Of a DNA stretch of 44,765 bases, positions 17,673 to 25,885 are shown piece by piece. Source of the stretch: a virus (taxonomy: Duplodnaviria; Caudoviricetes); the IMG/VR virus record IMGVR_UViG_3300025015_000053, positions 1 through 44,765 of that record. One strand, given 5' to 3'. The notes under the pieces were generated by a model. The model was not told the DNA's origin. It saw only the letters and a list, made by a program, of their open reading frames with translations, and did no database searches. Every line of letters starts with the position of its first letter. Position 1 is the first letter of the stretch. Both the position numbers and the translations under genes were made by a program.

Positions 17673-17813
17673 ATGAGAAGAACGCAGGACATCTTCACAA
17701 TCAAGACATATTTTATGTTCAGAATAATACGGAGCTAGTTTAGTCCTAAACATAGCTCCACAGAGTTTGCAAATTACTATCTTTGTTTTTATTTTTTCGT
17801 ACCAATGTCTCAT
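17667..17813 (-). CDS. 48-aa zinc-finger cassette protein
   Basis: Manual ORF MRHWYEKIKTKIVICKLCG...KICLDCED...HR; its TAA lies inside the GTTAGCG box. Confidence 0.6.
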   Translation of the reverse strand: MRHWYEKIKTKIVICKLCGAMFRTKLAPYYSEHKICLDCEDVLRSSHR

Positions 17814-17823
17814 TTATATCCTT

Positions 17824-17873
17824 TACTAACCAATCATTGGAGCAGAATAAATCCGCTCAATTTAATATTATCT
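17824..17873 (+). mobile_element. attC-like site
   Basis: R'' TACTAAC - CAATC - L'' ATTGGAGC ... L' GCTCAAT - TTAAT - R' ATTATCT (G>A). Confidence 0.7.
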
Positions 17874-18319
17874 AAAATTGACTCCACCGACCGTCTTGTA
17901 ATAAGAGACAATTTTATGTTATCTTTATTCCTCTCATACCATTCGTTAACTTCCCACTTTCCTGTTTTCGCCCGGCCTGCGCCCATCCAATCAGCAATCA
18001 TCTCAAGTATGTATTTTTGTGGCATTTCAAGCGGCTCGTAATCGCCCCGATCCCACAAAAGTACCCAGTATTGGTAATGATGCTTATTCCGTTTTTGATG
18101 GTCATTCCAGGCAACACGAAAAGCATAATCCTCTTTATATTGCTTTGATCCATCTGGCGCAAAGAAGCATCTGGCGTAGGGTAACCATTCGGAAGGTCTA
18201 AATTTGCTGAGGTCGTGGATAATTGCCCCCCAAAGCGGAGCATCAATCCTGACACAGGCGAGAAAAACAAACCATTTATGCCTAAGTTCGTATTTCAAAT
18301 AATTGAAATGTCGTCTCAT
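17834..18319 (-). CDS. HD-like protein (DUF5662-type)
   Basis: RHKWFV, IHDLSKF..SE, HQKRNKHHYQYW, EMP..YILEMIADW. Confidence 0.75.
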   Translation of the reverse strand: MRRHFNYLKYELRHKWFVFLACVRIDAPLWGAIIHDLSKFRPSEWLPYARCFFAPDGSKQYKEDYAFRVAWNDHQKRNKHHYQYWVLLWDRGDYEPLEMPQKYILEMIADWMGAGRAKTGKWEVNEWYERNKDNIKLSLITRRSVESILDNIKLSGFILLQ

Positions 18320-18339
18320 GTTTCCTCCAATAAAAACAC

Positions 18340-18395
18340 AGATAACCAGCTACTCCAGCGGTCGCTTGCAGCGCCGCTTATCTTCAGCATTATCA
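18340..18395 (+). mobile_element. attC-like site (degenerate right arm)
   Basis: R'' AGATAAC - CAGCT - L'' ACTCCAGC - GGTCGC...GCGCC - GCTTATC - TTCAGC - ATTATCA. Confidence 0.6.
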
Positions 18396-18599
18396 ATCCC
18401 ACCTTTGGGGCGACCCTTTTTTGTAAGCATCGCATAAATCAAAAATTAATATCGGAGCGCATTCGTCGCCGTCATCTGAATTCAAAATATCCCCTGTTTT
18501 GTCCTCTATTGTACAGACCAAAGTTTCTTCTTGGTATGCGTTTTGACAGGTGGCACAACATTTAACATGCCCGATACTTCTGAAATTTTCTCCTGGCAT
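18393..18599 (-). CDS. Small Cys-rich protein
   Basis: CCATC...C...C...CDAY; GGAGG SD. Confidence 0.6.
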   Translation of the reverse strand: MPGENFRSIGHVKCCATCQNAYQEETLVCTIEDKTGDILNSDDGDECAPILIFDLCDAYKKGSPQRWD

Positions 18600-18698
18600 A
18601 TTCCCTCCACCCCCTTAAAGATAAAAATAACAATTAAATGAAGGCGTCGGGAGCTTACTCCATCACATAACCAGCAGGTAGCAGAGTAGTCTCCTCAC

Positions 18699-19067
18699 TC
18701 AAACTTTAATTCCTTTCTCTTCCAGCGAATCCATTAATTCTTCATATTCTTTAGAGACCTGTTCAATTAGGCTCTCTAATTCAAACTCTATTCTTTTTTT
18801 TTCTTTTTCCAAGCCTTCTACATTCTCTATTCCAAAATCCTTTTTTAATTGATCCAAAATATTATCAATCTCAGACTGAGTTTTATCTAATTCTCTTTTT
18901 TTATATTCAATCTCTCGGCCAGCCTTATTCAATTCCTGGTTAGCCTTCTCAAGATCAAATCCTCTTTTTTTATATTCAATCTCTCGGCCAGCCTTATTCA
19001 ATTCCTGGTTAGCCTTCTCAAGATCAAATCCTCTTTTTTCTGAATTAATTTCCCTTTTCTTTAGCAT
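18699..19067 (-). CDS. Coiled-coil protein, probably the middle segment of the split SbcC
   Basis: Heptad-like charged helix; lies between sbcD and the SbcC C-terminal half. Confidence 0.55.
   Translation of the reverse strand: MLKKREINSEKRGFDLEKANQELNKAGREIEYKKRGFDLEKANQELNKAGREIEYKKRELDKTQSEIDNILDQLKKDFGIENVEGLEKEKKRIEFELESLIEQVSKEYEELMDSLEEKGIKV
18893..19039. repeat. Perfect 69-bp tandem duplication
   Basis: Copies start at 18893 and 18962 with a 9-bp partial third copy; encodes KRGFDLEKANQELNKAGREIEYK x2. Confidence 0.95.
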
Positions 19068-20043
19068 ATTTTAGAGCCTCCATCACTATTTCTTTTACTT
19101 CCTCATTTTTCTCTGTATCCATCCATTTCATTACATTATCATAAAAAGATATTCCTTCTTCTCCCTTAACTCCTTTTTTTAGCTCATCCAAAAAATCCTT
19201 AAACGACCAATCCCGAATATTTGTTTTTTCAAGGCCTATTATTTCTCTTTCTACAAATATCTCTTCCCAATCAGAACAATCAAAAGGTATCCTCTCAAAT
19301 TTAATCTCTTTTTTGTCTATTATTACAAGTTCAAATCCCGGCCTCATTATCTTACCTTCAGAATTCTTCAATCTTTCCCTATCTCCTAAACTCAATCTGG
19401 TTACTGCCCCAGGATTTAATACAGCCAAACCTCCTTCGCAACGTGAATTACAATATGGATAATGCCAATCTCCATTAATAAAAAGATCGAATATTTTTCC
19501 CTTCTCTCTATTTATTTTTCTTACCGTAGAACAAAAAACTTCATCCTTCTGGAGTTGTTTAGGAGTTAAAATTGGCTCATGAGAAAGTAATATAGAAAAT
19601 AAATTAGCGTACTCTAAACAAACCTTTGGAATTTCTTCTCCAAAAGACATTCCATAAACAACAACTTCTTTCTCTAAAACAAGAGGCTCCTTTCCAACTA
19701 TCTCGACTAATCCAGCCTTATAAAGTAAATCTAGAGCTGTTCTTTCAACAGATCTATAACTTCTCATATAAAGATCATGTTGTCCGTAAACTAAAACAAA
19801 ATTTAAGCCTTGGTCTACCTGCTTATCAAATAACCAACCAACCGTCCTATTAAGCACTTCTTTAGAAGGAGAATAGGAATCAAAAAAATCTCCCACCTGC
19901 ATAATATATTTAATCCCATTTTCCTTCGCAAACTCAGCCGTTTGATTAAGCTTATTCATCTGAGCTTCAAATATATTATCTTTCCGATTAATCGGGTTTT
20001 GATTTCTTAAATGAAGATCCCCTAAAACTATGAATTTAACCAT
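19045..20043 (-). CDS. SbcD/Mre11-like metallophosphoesterase nuclease
   Basis: GDLH, GDFFD, GQHD, SH, GDWH, NPG motifs. Confidence 0.88.
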   Translation of the reverse strand: MVKFIVLGDLHLRNQNPINRKDNIFEAQMNKLNQTAEFAKENGIKYIMQVGDFFDSYSPSKEVLNRTVGWLFDKQVDQGLNFVLVYGQHDLYMRSYRSVERTALDLLYKAGLVEIVGKEPLVLEKEVVVYGMSFGEEIPKVCLEYANLFSILLSHEPILTPKQLQKDEVFCSTVRKINREKGKIFDLFINGDWHYPYCNSRCEGGLAVLNPGAVTRLSLGDRERLKNSEGKIMRPGFELVIIDKKEIKFERIPFDCSDWEEIFVEREIIGLEKTNIRDWSFKDFLDELKKGVKGEEGISFYDNVMKWMDTEKNEEVKEIVMEALKYAKEKGN

Positions 20044-20047
20044 CTTT

Positions 20048-20536
20048 TTATTCTTTTTCCTTCCTATTAAATTTTAAAACTTTTTTGGTTTTTATCTCCT
20101 CTTCGTTCCCCCCCCTTTTCTTATCAAAAAGTTTATCTTTCATAAAAACCAAGTCAGTTGACCAAAAACCATATCTTTCTACAATCTCAATAAACTCCTC
20201 AAAATCATGAGGAATTAAACTTAATATTCTCTTTCCTTTATTATCATAACTCACATCGATATGTTTTAATTCATGAGCTATCAAAGCATCTCTTCCGTCA
20301 TCTAAAAACTGATCCCAAGCAGCTTTATAAATTTCTATAATAAAATCAACCCTCAACAAAAACCTAAACAAACCAGATAATCTATATATCTTAGCCCAAA
20401 GTTCTTTGTTCTTCTTTAAAATAGGAGAGTTCCGAAAAACCGGCTCTATATTAATTCCTTTTAAATCAGTTCTATAATTCTCAATCAAATCATAAATAAC
20501 CTTTTTAGCCTCTTCTGCCTTACTATATTCGGTCAT
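20048..20536 (-). CDS. Putative phage metallopeptidase
   Basis: ALIAHELKH (HExxH) followed by PHDFEEF..IVERYG. Confidence 0.75.
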   Translation of the reverse strand: MTEYSKAEEAKKVIYDLIENYRTDLKGINIEPVFRNSPILKKNKELWAKIYRLSGLFRFLLRVDFIIEIYKAAWDQFLDDGRDALIAHELKHIDVSYDNKGKRILSLIPHDFEEFIEIVERYGFWSTDLVFMKDKLFDKKRGGNEEEIKTKKVLKFNRKEKE

Positions 20537-20539
20537 AAT

Positions 20540-21538
20540 TTATTCTCCCCCCTTCAATAAAGCTTCTGCCTTTTTCTCATCTATCTTACCTCTACAATAT
20601 GGGCAAAACCCCAATTTAATAATTTCTTGAATAAAACCTTCTTTCATTTTATCTAAACTTACAATACAAGAATCAAGACTAGAAACTAAATCCAATTTAC
20701 TGTTTTCTTTTCTATACAACTCACTAATTCCAAAGGATATTTTATCCATCCTACCTTCACTTATTTTTAATTCTCCTACCCTATTAATAAGCTCCCTTAC
20801 CTTCCCTTCCTTATCTATCCAAACATTAATCTCTTTCTCCTCCTTCTCCAACTTATCCAATCTAGATACCAAATAAGAAAACCTCTCTAATCTAGTCTTT
20901 ATTGGAGGTATTTTATTTTCTAATTTCAATAATCTCTCTATTTTCTCTCCTATTAACTCAATCCCTTCGTATTGTTTAATTTCTTCTTTTTTATTCTCTA
21001 AATCCTTTGAAATGGATCTCTCCTGGTTTCGTTTTTCTCTTAATTCCTTCTCAAACCAACTCATTACGGAATCAATATCTACCATCCGTGTAGAGTCATT
21101 AATTACTCTCCCTACTTCTCCAGGGCTTTCTCTAATCAAAAAATGATTAGATAATTGAGATTGATAATTTATAGAAGACAAATTTAGAGCCTTCTTAATT
21201 GGTTCGGGAACTTCGCTTCCAATCTTATTGAAATCAAATCTTTTTTCATTATCTTTCTTATGATAAAGAAAATAACCATTAAAATTTTTCTCTAAATTTT
21301 TTATTCTAGCTAGATCCCATTCTCCCTTGCTTATAAATACCCTCACTTCTGAATCTATATTCTTATCGCATTTGAAACCTTCTCCTAAAGGCCGATTACT
21401 AAACATCCAATTCAAAGCCCTCAGAATAGATGTCTTTCCTCTATCAGTCTCACCTATTATTACATTTATACCCGGAGACAACTCCAATTCTGTATTCTCA
21501 TGAGATTGATAATTTTGTATTTTAATTTTATCTATCAT
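20540..21538 (-). CDS. SbcC/Rad50 N-terminal half with zinc hook
   Basis: IQNYQSH, Walker A GETDRGKT, Q-loop NYQSQ, coiled coil, terminal CPYC. Confidence 0.85.
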   Translation of the reverse strand: MIDKIKIQNYQSHENTELELSPGINVIIGETDRGKTSILRALNWMFSNRPLGEGFKCDKNIDSEVRVFISKGEWDLARIKNLEKNFNGYFLYHKKDNEKRFDFNKIGSEVPEPIKKALNLSSINYQSQLSNHFLIRESPGEVGRVINDSTRMVDIDSVMSWFEKELREKRNQERSISKDLENKKEEIKQYEGIELIGEKIERLLKLENKIPPIKTRLERFSYLVSRLDKLEKEEKEINVWIDKEGKVRELINRVGELKISEGRMDKISFGISELYRKENSKLDLVSSLDSCIVSLDKMKEGFIQEIIKLGFCPYCRGKIDEKKAEALLKGGE

Positions 21539-21543
21539 TTTTC

Positions 21544-21612
21544 TTACCTTACCATACCTTACCTGACCTAACCTAACCCTACCTAACCAGACCAGACCTC
21601 ACCGCACTCAAT
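21544..21612 (-). repeat. GGT-NN pentamer array 2 (candidate guide RNA)
   Basis: - strand: TTG AGT GC GGT GA GGT CT GGT CT GGT TA GGT AG GGT TA GGT TA GGT CA GGT AA GGT AT GGT AA GGT AA; 12 GGT at exact 5-nt spacing. Confidence 0.9.
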
Positions 21613-21618
21613 TAAACT

Positions 21619-22152
21619 TTATTTTATCCTTTCAAAATTCTCTATTCCAAATCTCCCCCATACTGGGCGACCATCTAAAAGGCCTAAAAGCATACCCGCT
21701 TCCTGAATACATGTTTTCATTACACTTTCCAAAATACGATCATCTAACAATACCAAATTAAAAGACACCTCCCAGTTCTCAAAAAAAGGCCAATATTTTA
21801 CTACTCTACCCCCGGTTCTAGGGGGGATTCTAACTACAGCTTCATGTAAACCAGACAATTCTCCAATCAATGGGACAAAGGGACAAGGCTCTATTGCCAA
21901 AACAGCTTCTAACAAACCTTTAGTAAGCCCTTTAACTTTAACTTTCGCTGCCCCTAACGTAAAACATTTCCGAAGGGCTTCAGCTGGGATATAGTAACCT
22001 ACTTTCTCATCATAATAAGCCAACTTCATAGCTTCTTTTTTAACTTCTTCTTTGTTTTTTTTCACTCCAGAAGGATTCATATAATTTTCCAAATCAAAAC
22101 GATTCATCCTCAACGGAGCTAAGCCTTTAATTTTTATTCTACATTTATACAT
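21619..22152 (-). CDS. Stand-alone Cas7/RAMP-like protein (Vipr-like)
   Basis: Start reassigned to ATG 22152 (AAGGAGG SD). IKGLAPLRM first strand, YIPAEALRK, W.V.F, and a C-terminal G-rich loop AGMLLGLLDGRPVWGRF follow the RAMP pattern; flanked by pentamer arrays. Confidence 0.7.
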   Translation of the reverse strand: MYKCRIKIKGLAPLRMNRFDLENYMNPSGVKKNKEEVKKEAMKLAYYDEKVGYYIPAEALRKCFTLGAAKVKVKGLTKGLLEAVLAIEPCPFVPLIGELSGLHEAVVRIPPRTGGRVVKYWPFFENWEVSFNLVLLDDRILESVMKTCIQEAGMLLGLLDGRPVWGRFGIENFERIK

Positions 22153-22169
22153 CTCTTCTCCTCCTTCTC

Positions 22170-22228
22170 TTACCAAACCTTACCTCACCCTACCTAACCT
22201 TACCCTACCTAACCTTACCTCACTCAAA
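22170..22228 (-). repeat. GGT-NN pentamer array 1 (candidate guide RNA)
   Basis: - strand: TTG AGT GA GGT AA GGT TA GGT AG GGT AA GGT TA GGT AG GGT GA GGT AA GGT TT GGT AA; 10 GGT at exact 5-nt spacing. Confidence 0.9.
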
Positions 22229-22544
22229 CCCTAATCTCTTCCTTCGTAACTTTTTTTAGGTCTTTTTTTATAGTTTCAGCTATCAGTTTAGTATCTGTCC
22301 TTATTTCGGGTATATTGAAAGCAACTAATTCTTTCAATTCCTTCATATTCTTATCTGCAAAATCTTTACATATCTTATATTTCAAAGCTATATCATGATT
22401 ATCAGTAGCTCGCAGCCTGGTATAAGCACCCAAAGTCTGCATTGCTATTTTAGTTTTAGGAGTAACTACAGACTCATCTTTCAAAACTTTTCCTAGTTCT
22501 TTAATACTTTCTGCAGCCACTTCTTCTAAATCTATTGCCCTCAT
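22224..22544 (-). CDS. Hypothetical helical protein abutting array 1
   Basis: 106-aa ORF with AGGAGG SD; its TGA overlaps the array leader. Confidence 0.7.
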   Translation of the reverse strand: MRAIDLEEVAAESIKELGKVLKDESVVTPKTKIAMQTLGAYTRLRATDNHDIALKYKICKDFADKNMKELKELVAFNIPEIRTDTKLIAETIKKDLKKVTKEEIRV

Positions 22545-22586
22545 TTTTGCCTCCTTTTTCTCTGCCTAGAGCTAAACTAGATAAGG

Positions 22587-22617
22587 AAAAAGATAAGTTC
22601 AGGAAATTTTCCTGAAC
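22587..22617 (-). terminator. Inverted repeat plus U-tract (terminator or operator)
   Basis: GTTCAGGAAA-N-TTTCCTGAAC (22597-22617) followed on the - strand by TTATCTTTTT. Confidence 0.55.
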
Positions 22618-22623
22618 CATAAG

Positions 22624-23145
22624 TTAAAATAATCGGGGGTCAAATTTCTTCCACTCTTCCCAGGGAAAAATAAACAGCCTATTGTCCCCTAAAACCCTCC
22701 ATTTCAGTAAAGAAGGACTAAATTTACTACCAAAAAAAGATAATAAATGTTGATACAAAAGCTCTCCTATCACTACCAAAGGCTTTCCCCAATTGCTTTT
22801 AATAACCAAAAAGACCTGTTTGTTTTCTTTTTTTTCTCTCTCAGCCTGATCCCACCATTGATAAATTTGAGCTTTCTCACCCTTTAAGAAATTTTTCCAT
22901 AAATCTATCTTACAATTTTTCAACTCAATATCATAACGGGAAGTAAAACGATACCCTTCCCCTTTTACTGCCATTATATCTCTAGCCTGACTATCAGCTT
23001 CAACTATAGACCGGCTACCAAAAGTCCTCCTAAAAATATCTTTATCCTCCCCCTCACTCCACCATAGCGATAATTCCCTTGCAAATTGCCTTTCCCATCT
23101 TTTTCCTTTTTCCCTTCCCTTCCTAGCTCCTTCTTTAGATCCCAT
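22624..23145 (-). CDS. Holliday junction resolvase (PD-(D/E)xK, Hjc-like)
   Basis: KGKRWERQFARELS ... RDI ... IELKN ... WWDQA. Confidence 0.75.
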   Translation of the reverse strand: MGSKEGARKGREKGKRWERQFARELSLWWSEGEDKDIFRRTFGSRSIVEADSQARDIMAVKGEGYRFTSRYDIELKNCKIDLWKNFLKGEKAQIYQWWDQAEREKKENKQVFLVIKSNWGKPLVVIGELLYQHLLSFFGSKFSPSLLKWRVLGDNRLFIFPWEEWKKFDPRLF

Positions 23146-23153
23146 TACAAACT

Positions 23154-23345
23154 TTAACTCCCTTCTTTTTCTTGTATTTCACTATCAAATATCTCTCTTT
23201 CCACCAGATAATGAAGAATTGTAGTAGGCAGGGGTCTTATACATACCACTTTCCATCCTTCAGCTATCCATTCTAATAATTCCCAACAAGCAACATATCT
23301 AAACTCTCTTATTTTCTCTTCCTCTATTATCACTATAAACTTCAT
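23154..23345 (-). CDS. Hypothetical protein
   Basis: 63-aa ORF bridging recA and the resolvase. Confidence 0.5.
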   Translation of the reverse strand: MKFIVIIEEEKIREFRYVACWELLEWIAEGWKVVCIRPLPTTILHYLVEREIFDSEIQEKEGS

Positions 23346-24354
23346 CCCATATTTCTTTAACCATCTTTCTCAAATTTCCTATCTTATCTTCTCTCTCCAA
23401 TCTATTTAAAAACTTAATCAAAGATTTCTCCTCTATACAATCAAACCTAAACTTTTCTCCCTTCTTACCTAGCCTATCAGAATTTCCTCTAATAAAAATA
23501 ACACAACTTTCCAAATCATCTATTCCATAATTAAAATAGAGAGGAAAATTAGCTTTCCGATAAGGAATTCCTACCTTATTTTTAATAATTTCAGTTTCTA
23601 TATCAATTCCAATAATATTCTTATTTTCCTTAATTTTTCCTTCCTGCCTCAATAAAATCCTAAGAGAACAATAAAAACGAATAGCTCTTCCTCCTGGAGA
23701 AGACTCATTCCTCCCCCATTGCTGGCCTATGTTTTTTCGCAACTGATTAATAAATACTAAAGTAGCCTGTTTTTTTTGAATTAAATTAGCCATTGATCTA
23801 AGTACTTGACTAAATTTTCTAGCCCTCTGAGTTCCCATAGTAGGTGTAGAAAAGCTAGATCCAGCCTCTTCTAAAGTTTCAAGAGCAGCTAAGCTATCAA
23901 TTATAAAACAATAACATTTCTCATTAGTCTTATTTAAAAGGTTTTTTATTTGGTCAAAAGTTTCTTCTATAGTTCCTGGAGAAGAAGAAGGAGTTAATAT
24001 TCTTCTAGCATCCAATCCATAAAGAGAATTCTGTCTATAATCAAAAGTAGCTTCTATATCATATAAGACAACCACCCCCCCCAATCTCTGGCAACTACCT
24101 CCTATAGCAGCCCCAATAGCTGTCTTTCCAGTAGATTCCCATCCAGACACTTCAACCATAATTCCAGACGGAACCCCCCCTCCTTCTCCAATAGCCAAAT
24201 CTAACAAAGTAGATCCCGCAGAAAAATAATACCGGGGACTAACTTCCTTCTTACCCGGTATCCAAAGGTCAAAATCCTTAGCTATCTGATCTAAATAGCT
24301 ATTATCTGCTTTATTAATTATTTTTCTCATTTCTAGATTTCTCACATAATACAA
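23299..24354 (-). CDS. recA: RecA/UvsX recombinase
   Basis: GWESTGKT, IIDSLAAL, FINQLR, PGGRAIRFYCSLR, KNKVGIPYR. Confidence 0.92.
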   Translation of the reverse strand: MYYVRNLEMRKIINKADNSYLDQIAKDFDLWIPGKKEVSPRYYFSAGSTLLDLAIGEGGGVPSGIMVEVSGWESTGKTAIGAAIGGSCQRLGGVVVLYDIEATFDYRQNSLYGLDARRILTPSSSPGTIEETFDQIKNLLNKTNEKCYCFIIDSLAALETLEEAGSSFSTPTMGTQRARKFSQVLRSMANLIQKKQATLVFINQLRKNIGQQWGRNESSPGGRAIRFYCSLRILLRQEGKIKENKNIIGIDIETEIIKNKVGIPYRKANFPLYFNYGIDDLESCVIFIRGNSDRLGKKGEKFRFDCIEEKSLIKFLNRLEREDKIGNLRKMVKEIWDEVYSDNRGRENKRV

Positions 24355-24359
24355 TCCTT

Positions 24360-25247
24360 CTATCTTTTTCCTCTCTCACTCAATCTTTGCCTTAATCTAC
24401 CTATCCTTTCTTCTCCCTCTCTCTTTTCTATTCCTTCTCCTTCAGACTTTTCCTTTTCCTCATTCCCCTCAACAAAAACCCCTGTTTCTCTTTCCTTAAA
24501 GCGGTTTTCCCTCAGATCTTTTATTTCGTCATCCATTTCTCTTACCTTCTCCTCCTCTTCTTCTCTTTTTACAGTTCCTATACCCCCTCTAAAAATATCT
24601 CTAACTTCTTCATAAGTTCTCTTAACAAGCAGATCTAATAATTTAGGAAGTCCTTTTAACAAAGACTTTGGTATCTCATAATCCATAGGATACAACCTAA
24701 ACCCAAGATAATCTGTATCAGTCATAGTAGATCCTTTCCGTTCAAAATAAAACACTCTTCCTTCTTTCGGATCAGGATCAGATATATCAAGTATCTCTCC
24801 TGTTTTAGGATCCCGGCATTGTTTTCTTACATTATCTTCTATCGTAATAGGAGCGAAAAATATCTGAGGTCCTTTTCTAATCTCCTCCCTATTTGCTACA
24901 TCCAAAATTATATATAAATATCGAGGAGTAGAATTCAAAGCCTTTATTTCCTTTTCTCCCCCTCCTCTATCATATAATCCATGCCGTTCCTCACATATAC
25001 TACAAGGAGTTCCCCACATTCCAGCATTACAAAGAACAGACCCCCTATTTACTCCTATTTGATAATGAACAAATATCCTCAAACCAAAATATTCATCTTC
25101 TTTTTCTGGAGGAAGAAAACAAATATAATTATCTCCCTTCTTAATTTGATAAATCGGTAATATATCTCCCCTTAAACAGCTTTCTCTATCTCCATAATGA
25201 CTACTCCCTTGCTGTCTCTCAATAACTCTTTTTCTCTTCTCACTCAT
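24360..25247 (-). CDS. ssDNA-binding protein (T4 gp32-like)
   Basis: FLPP...VHY...C....GTPCSICE, DISDP..GRVFYFERKG..TDY, charged tail; next to recA. Confidence 0.7.
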   Translation of the reverse strand: MSEKRKRVIERQQGSSHYGDRESCLRGDILPIYQIKKGDNYICFLPPEKEDEYFGLRIFVHYQIGVNRGSVLCNAGMWGTPCSICEERHGLYDRGGGEKEIKALNSTPRYLYIILDVANREEIRKGPQIFFAPITIEDNVRKQCRDPKTGEILDISDPDPKEGRVFYFERKGSTMTDTDYLGFRLYPMDYEIPKSLLKGLPKLLDLLVKRTYEEVRDIFRGGIGTVKREEEEEKVREMDDEIKDLRENRFKERETGVFVEGNEEKEKSEGEGIEKREGEERIGRLRQRLSERGKR

Positions 25248-25383
25248 CGTCTTTATACCTCCTCCTATATTCTTTTATTGCTTTACCATAACTAAAAACC
25301 AATATCCTCACAAAAAAGGGCAACATCAACATCCCTAACAATAAATATACAACAACCCCAAAATATTTTCCTATTTCATCCAT
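25240..25383 (-). CDS. 47-aa membrane peptide
   Basis: Manual ORF MDEIGKYFGVVVYLLLGMLMLPFFVRILVFSYG...; overlaps both neighbours by a few bases. Confidence 0.5.
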   Translation of the reverse strand: MDEIGKYFGVVVYLLLGMLMLPFFVRILVFSYGKAIKEYRRRYKDDE

Positions 25384-25864
25384 CAGATTTTAATTTCCTC
25401 TTCATTCTAATTCTATCCTGAAAAGATTTCTCATCTCCCAAATTAATTTTATCTTCTGAAGTATAATAACCCCCCAAAAATAATCTTACCTCTGCCAACA
25501 ATAAATCTTTTCGTTGGAGAAAAGCCTCCTTAACCAAGGACAAAGTCATGGCTGTTTCCCTGGCTTCTATATATTTCTCATTAGCTTCTATATATTTCTC
25601 CTGTAAAGGAATTAATGAATTAATAACTCCCTCAGTAATTTTCTCTATCCCATAATTTCCAGGATTTTTCCTTATCCTAATATCTAATTCTCCCCTGACT
25701 TCATCTAATTCTTTCTTTGTCCTTTCTTTCTGAGCCTCAGTCTCTGCCCATTTTTCTCCCCAATAAATTACCTTCTCCCCATTCTCGGCACATTCTTTCT
25801 CTAGATTAAACCGATCAATATTTATTTCCTGAATAAAATTTCTCTTTTCTATCATTATCTTCAT
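25376..25864 (-). CDS. UvsY-like recombination mediator
   Basis: INIDRFNLEKEC, KITEGVI, AFLQRKDLL helical pattern; beside SSB and RecA. Confidence 0.6.
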   Translation of the reverse strand: MKIMIEKRNFIQEINIDRFNLEKECAENGEKVIYWGEKWAETEAQKERTKKELDEVRGELDIRIRKNPGNYGIEKITEGVINSLIPLQEKYIEANEKYIEARETAMTLSLVKEAFLQRKDLLLAEVRLFLGGYYTSEDKINLGDEKSFQDRIRMKRKLKSDG

Positions 25865-25885
25865 CTCCCTTCACTTATCTCTTCC

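Noticed and set aside
18693-18704. GTTTGAGTGAGG identical to the start of array 1 (22218-22229)
   Set aside because: No GGT-NN periodicity follows; a Val codon, stop and SD-like bases explain a 12-bp match
21544-22228. Pentamer arrays read as CRISPR arrays or simple microsatellites
   Set aside because: No long repeats with unique spacers; variation is confined to two of five positions and linked to a RAMP-like gene, unlike slippage repeats
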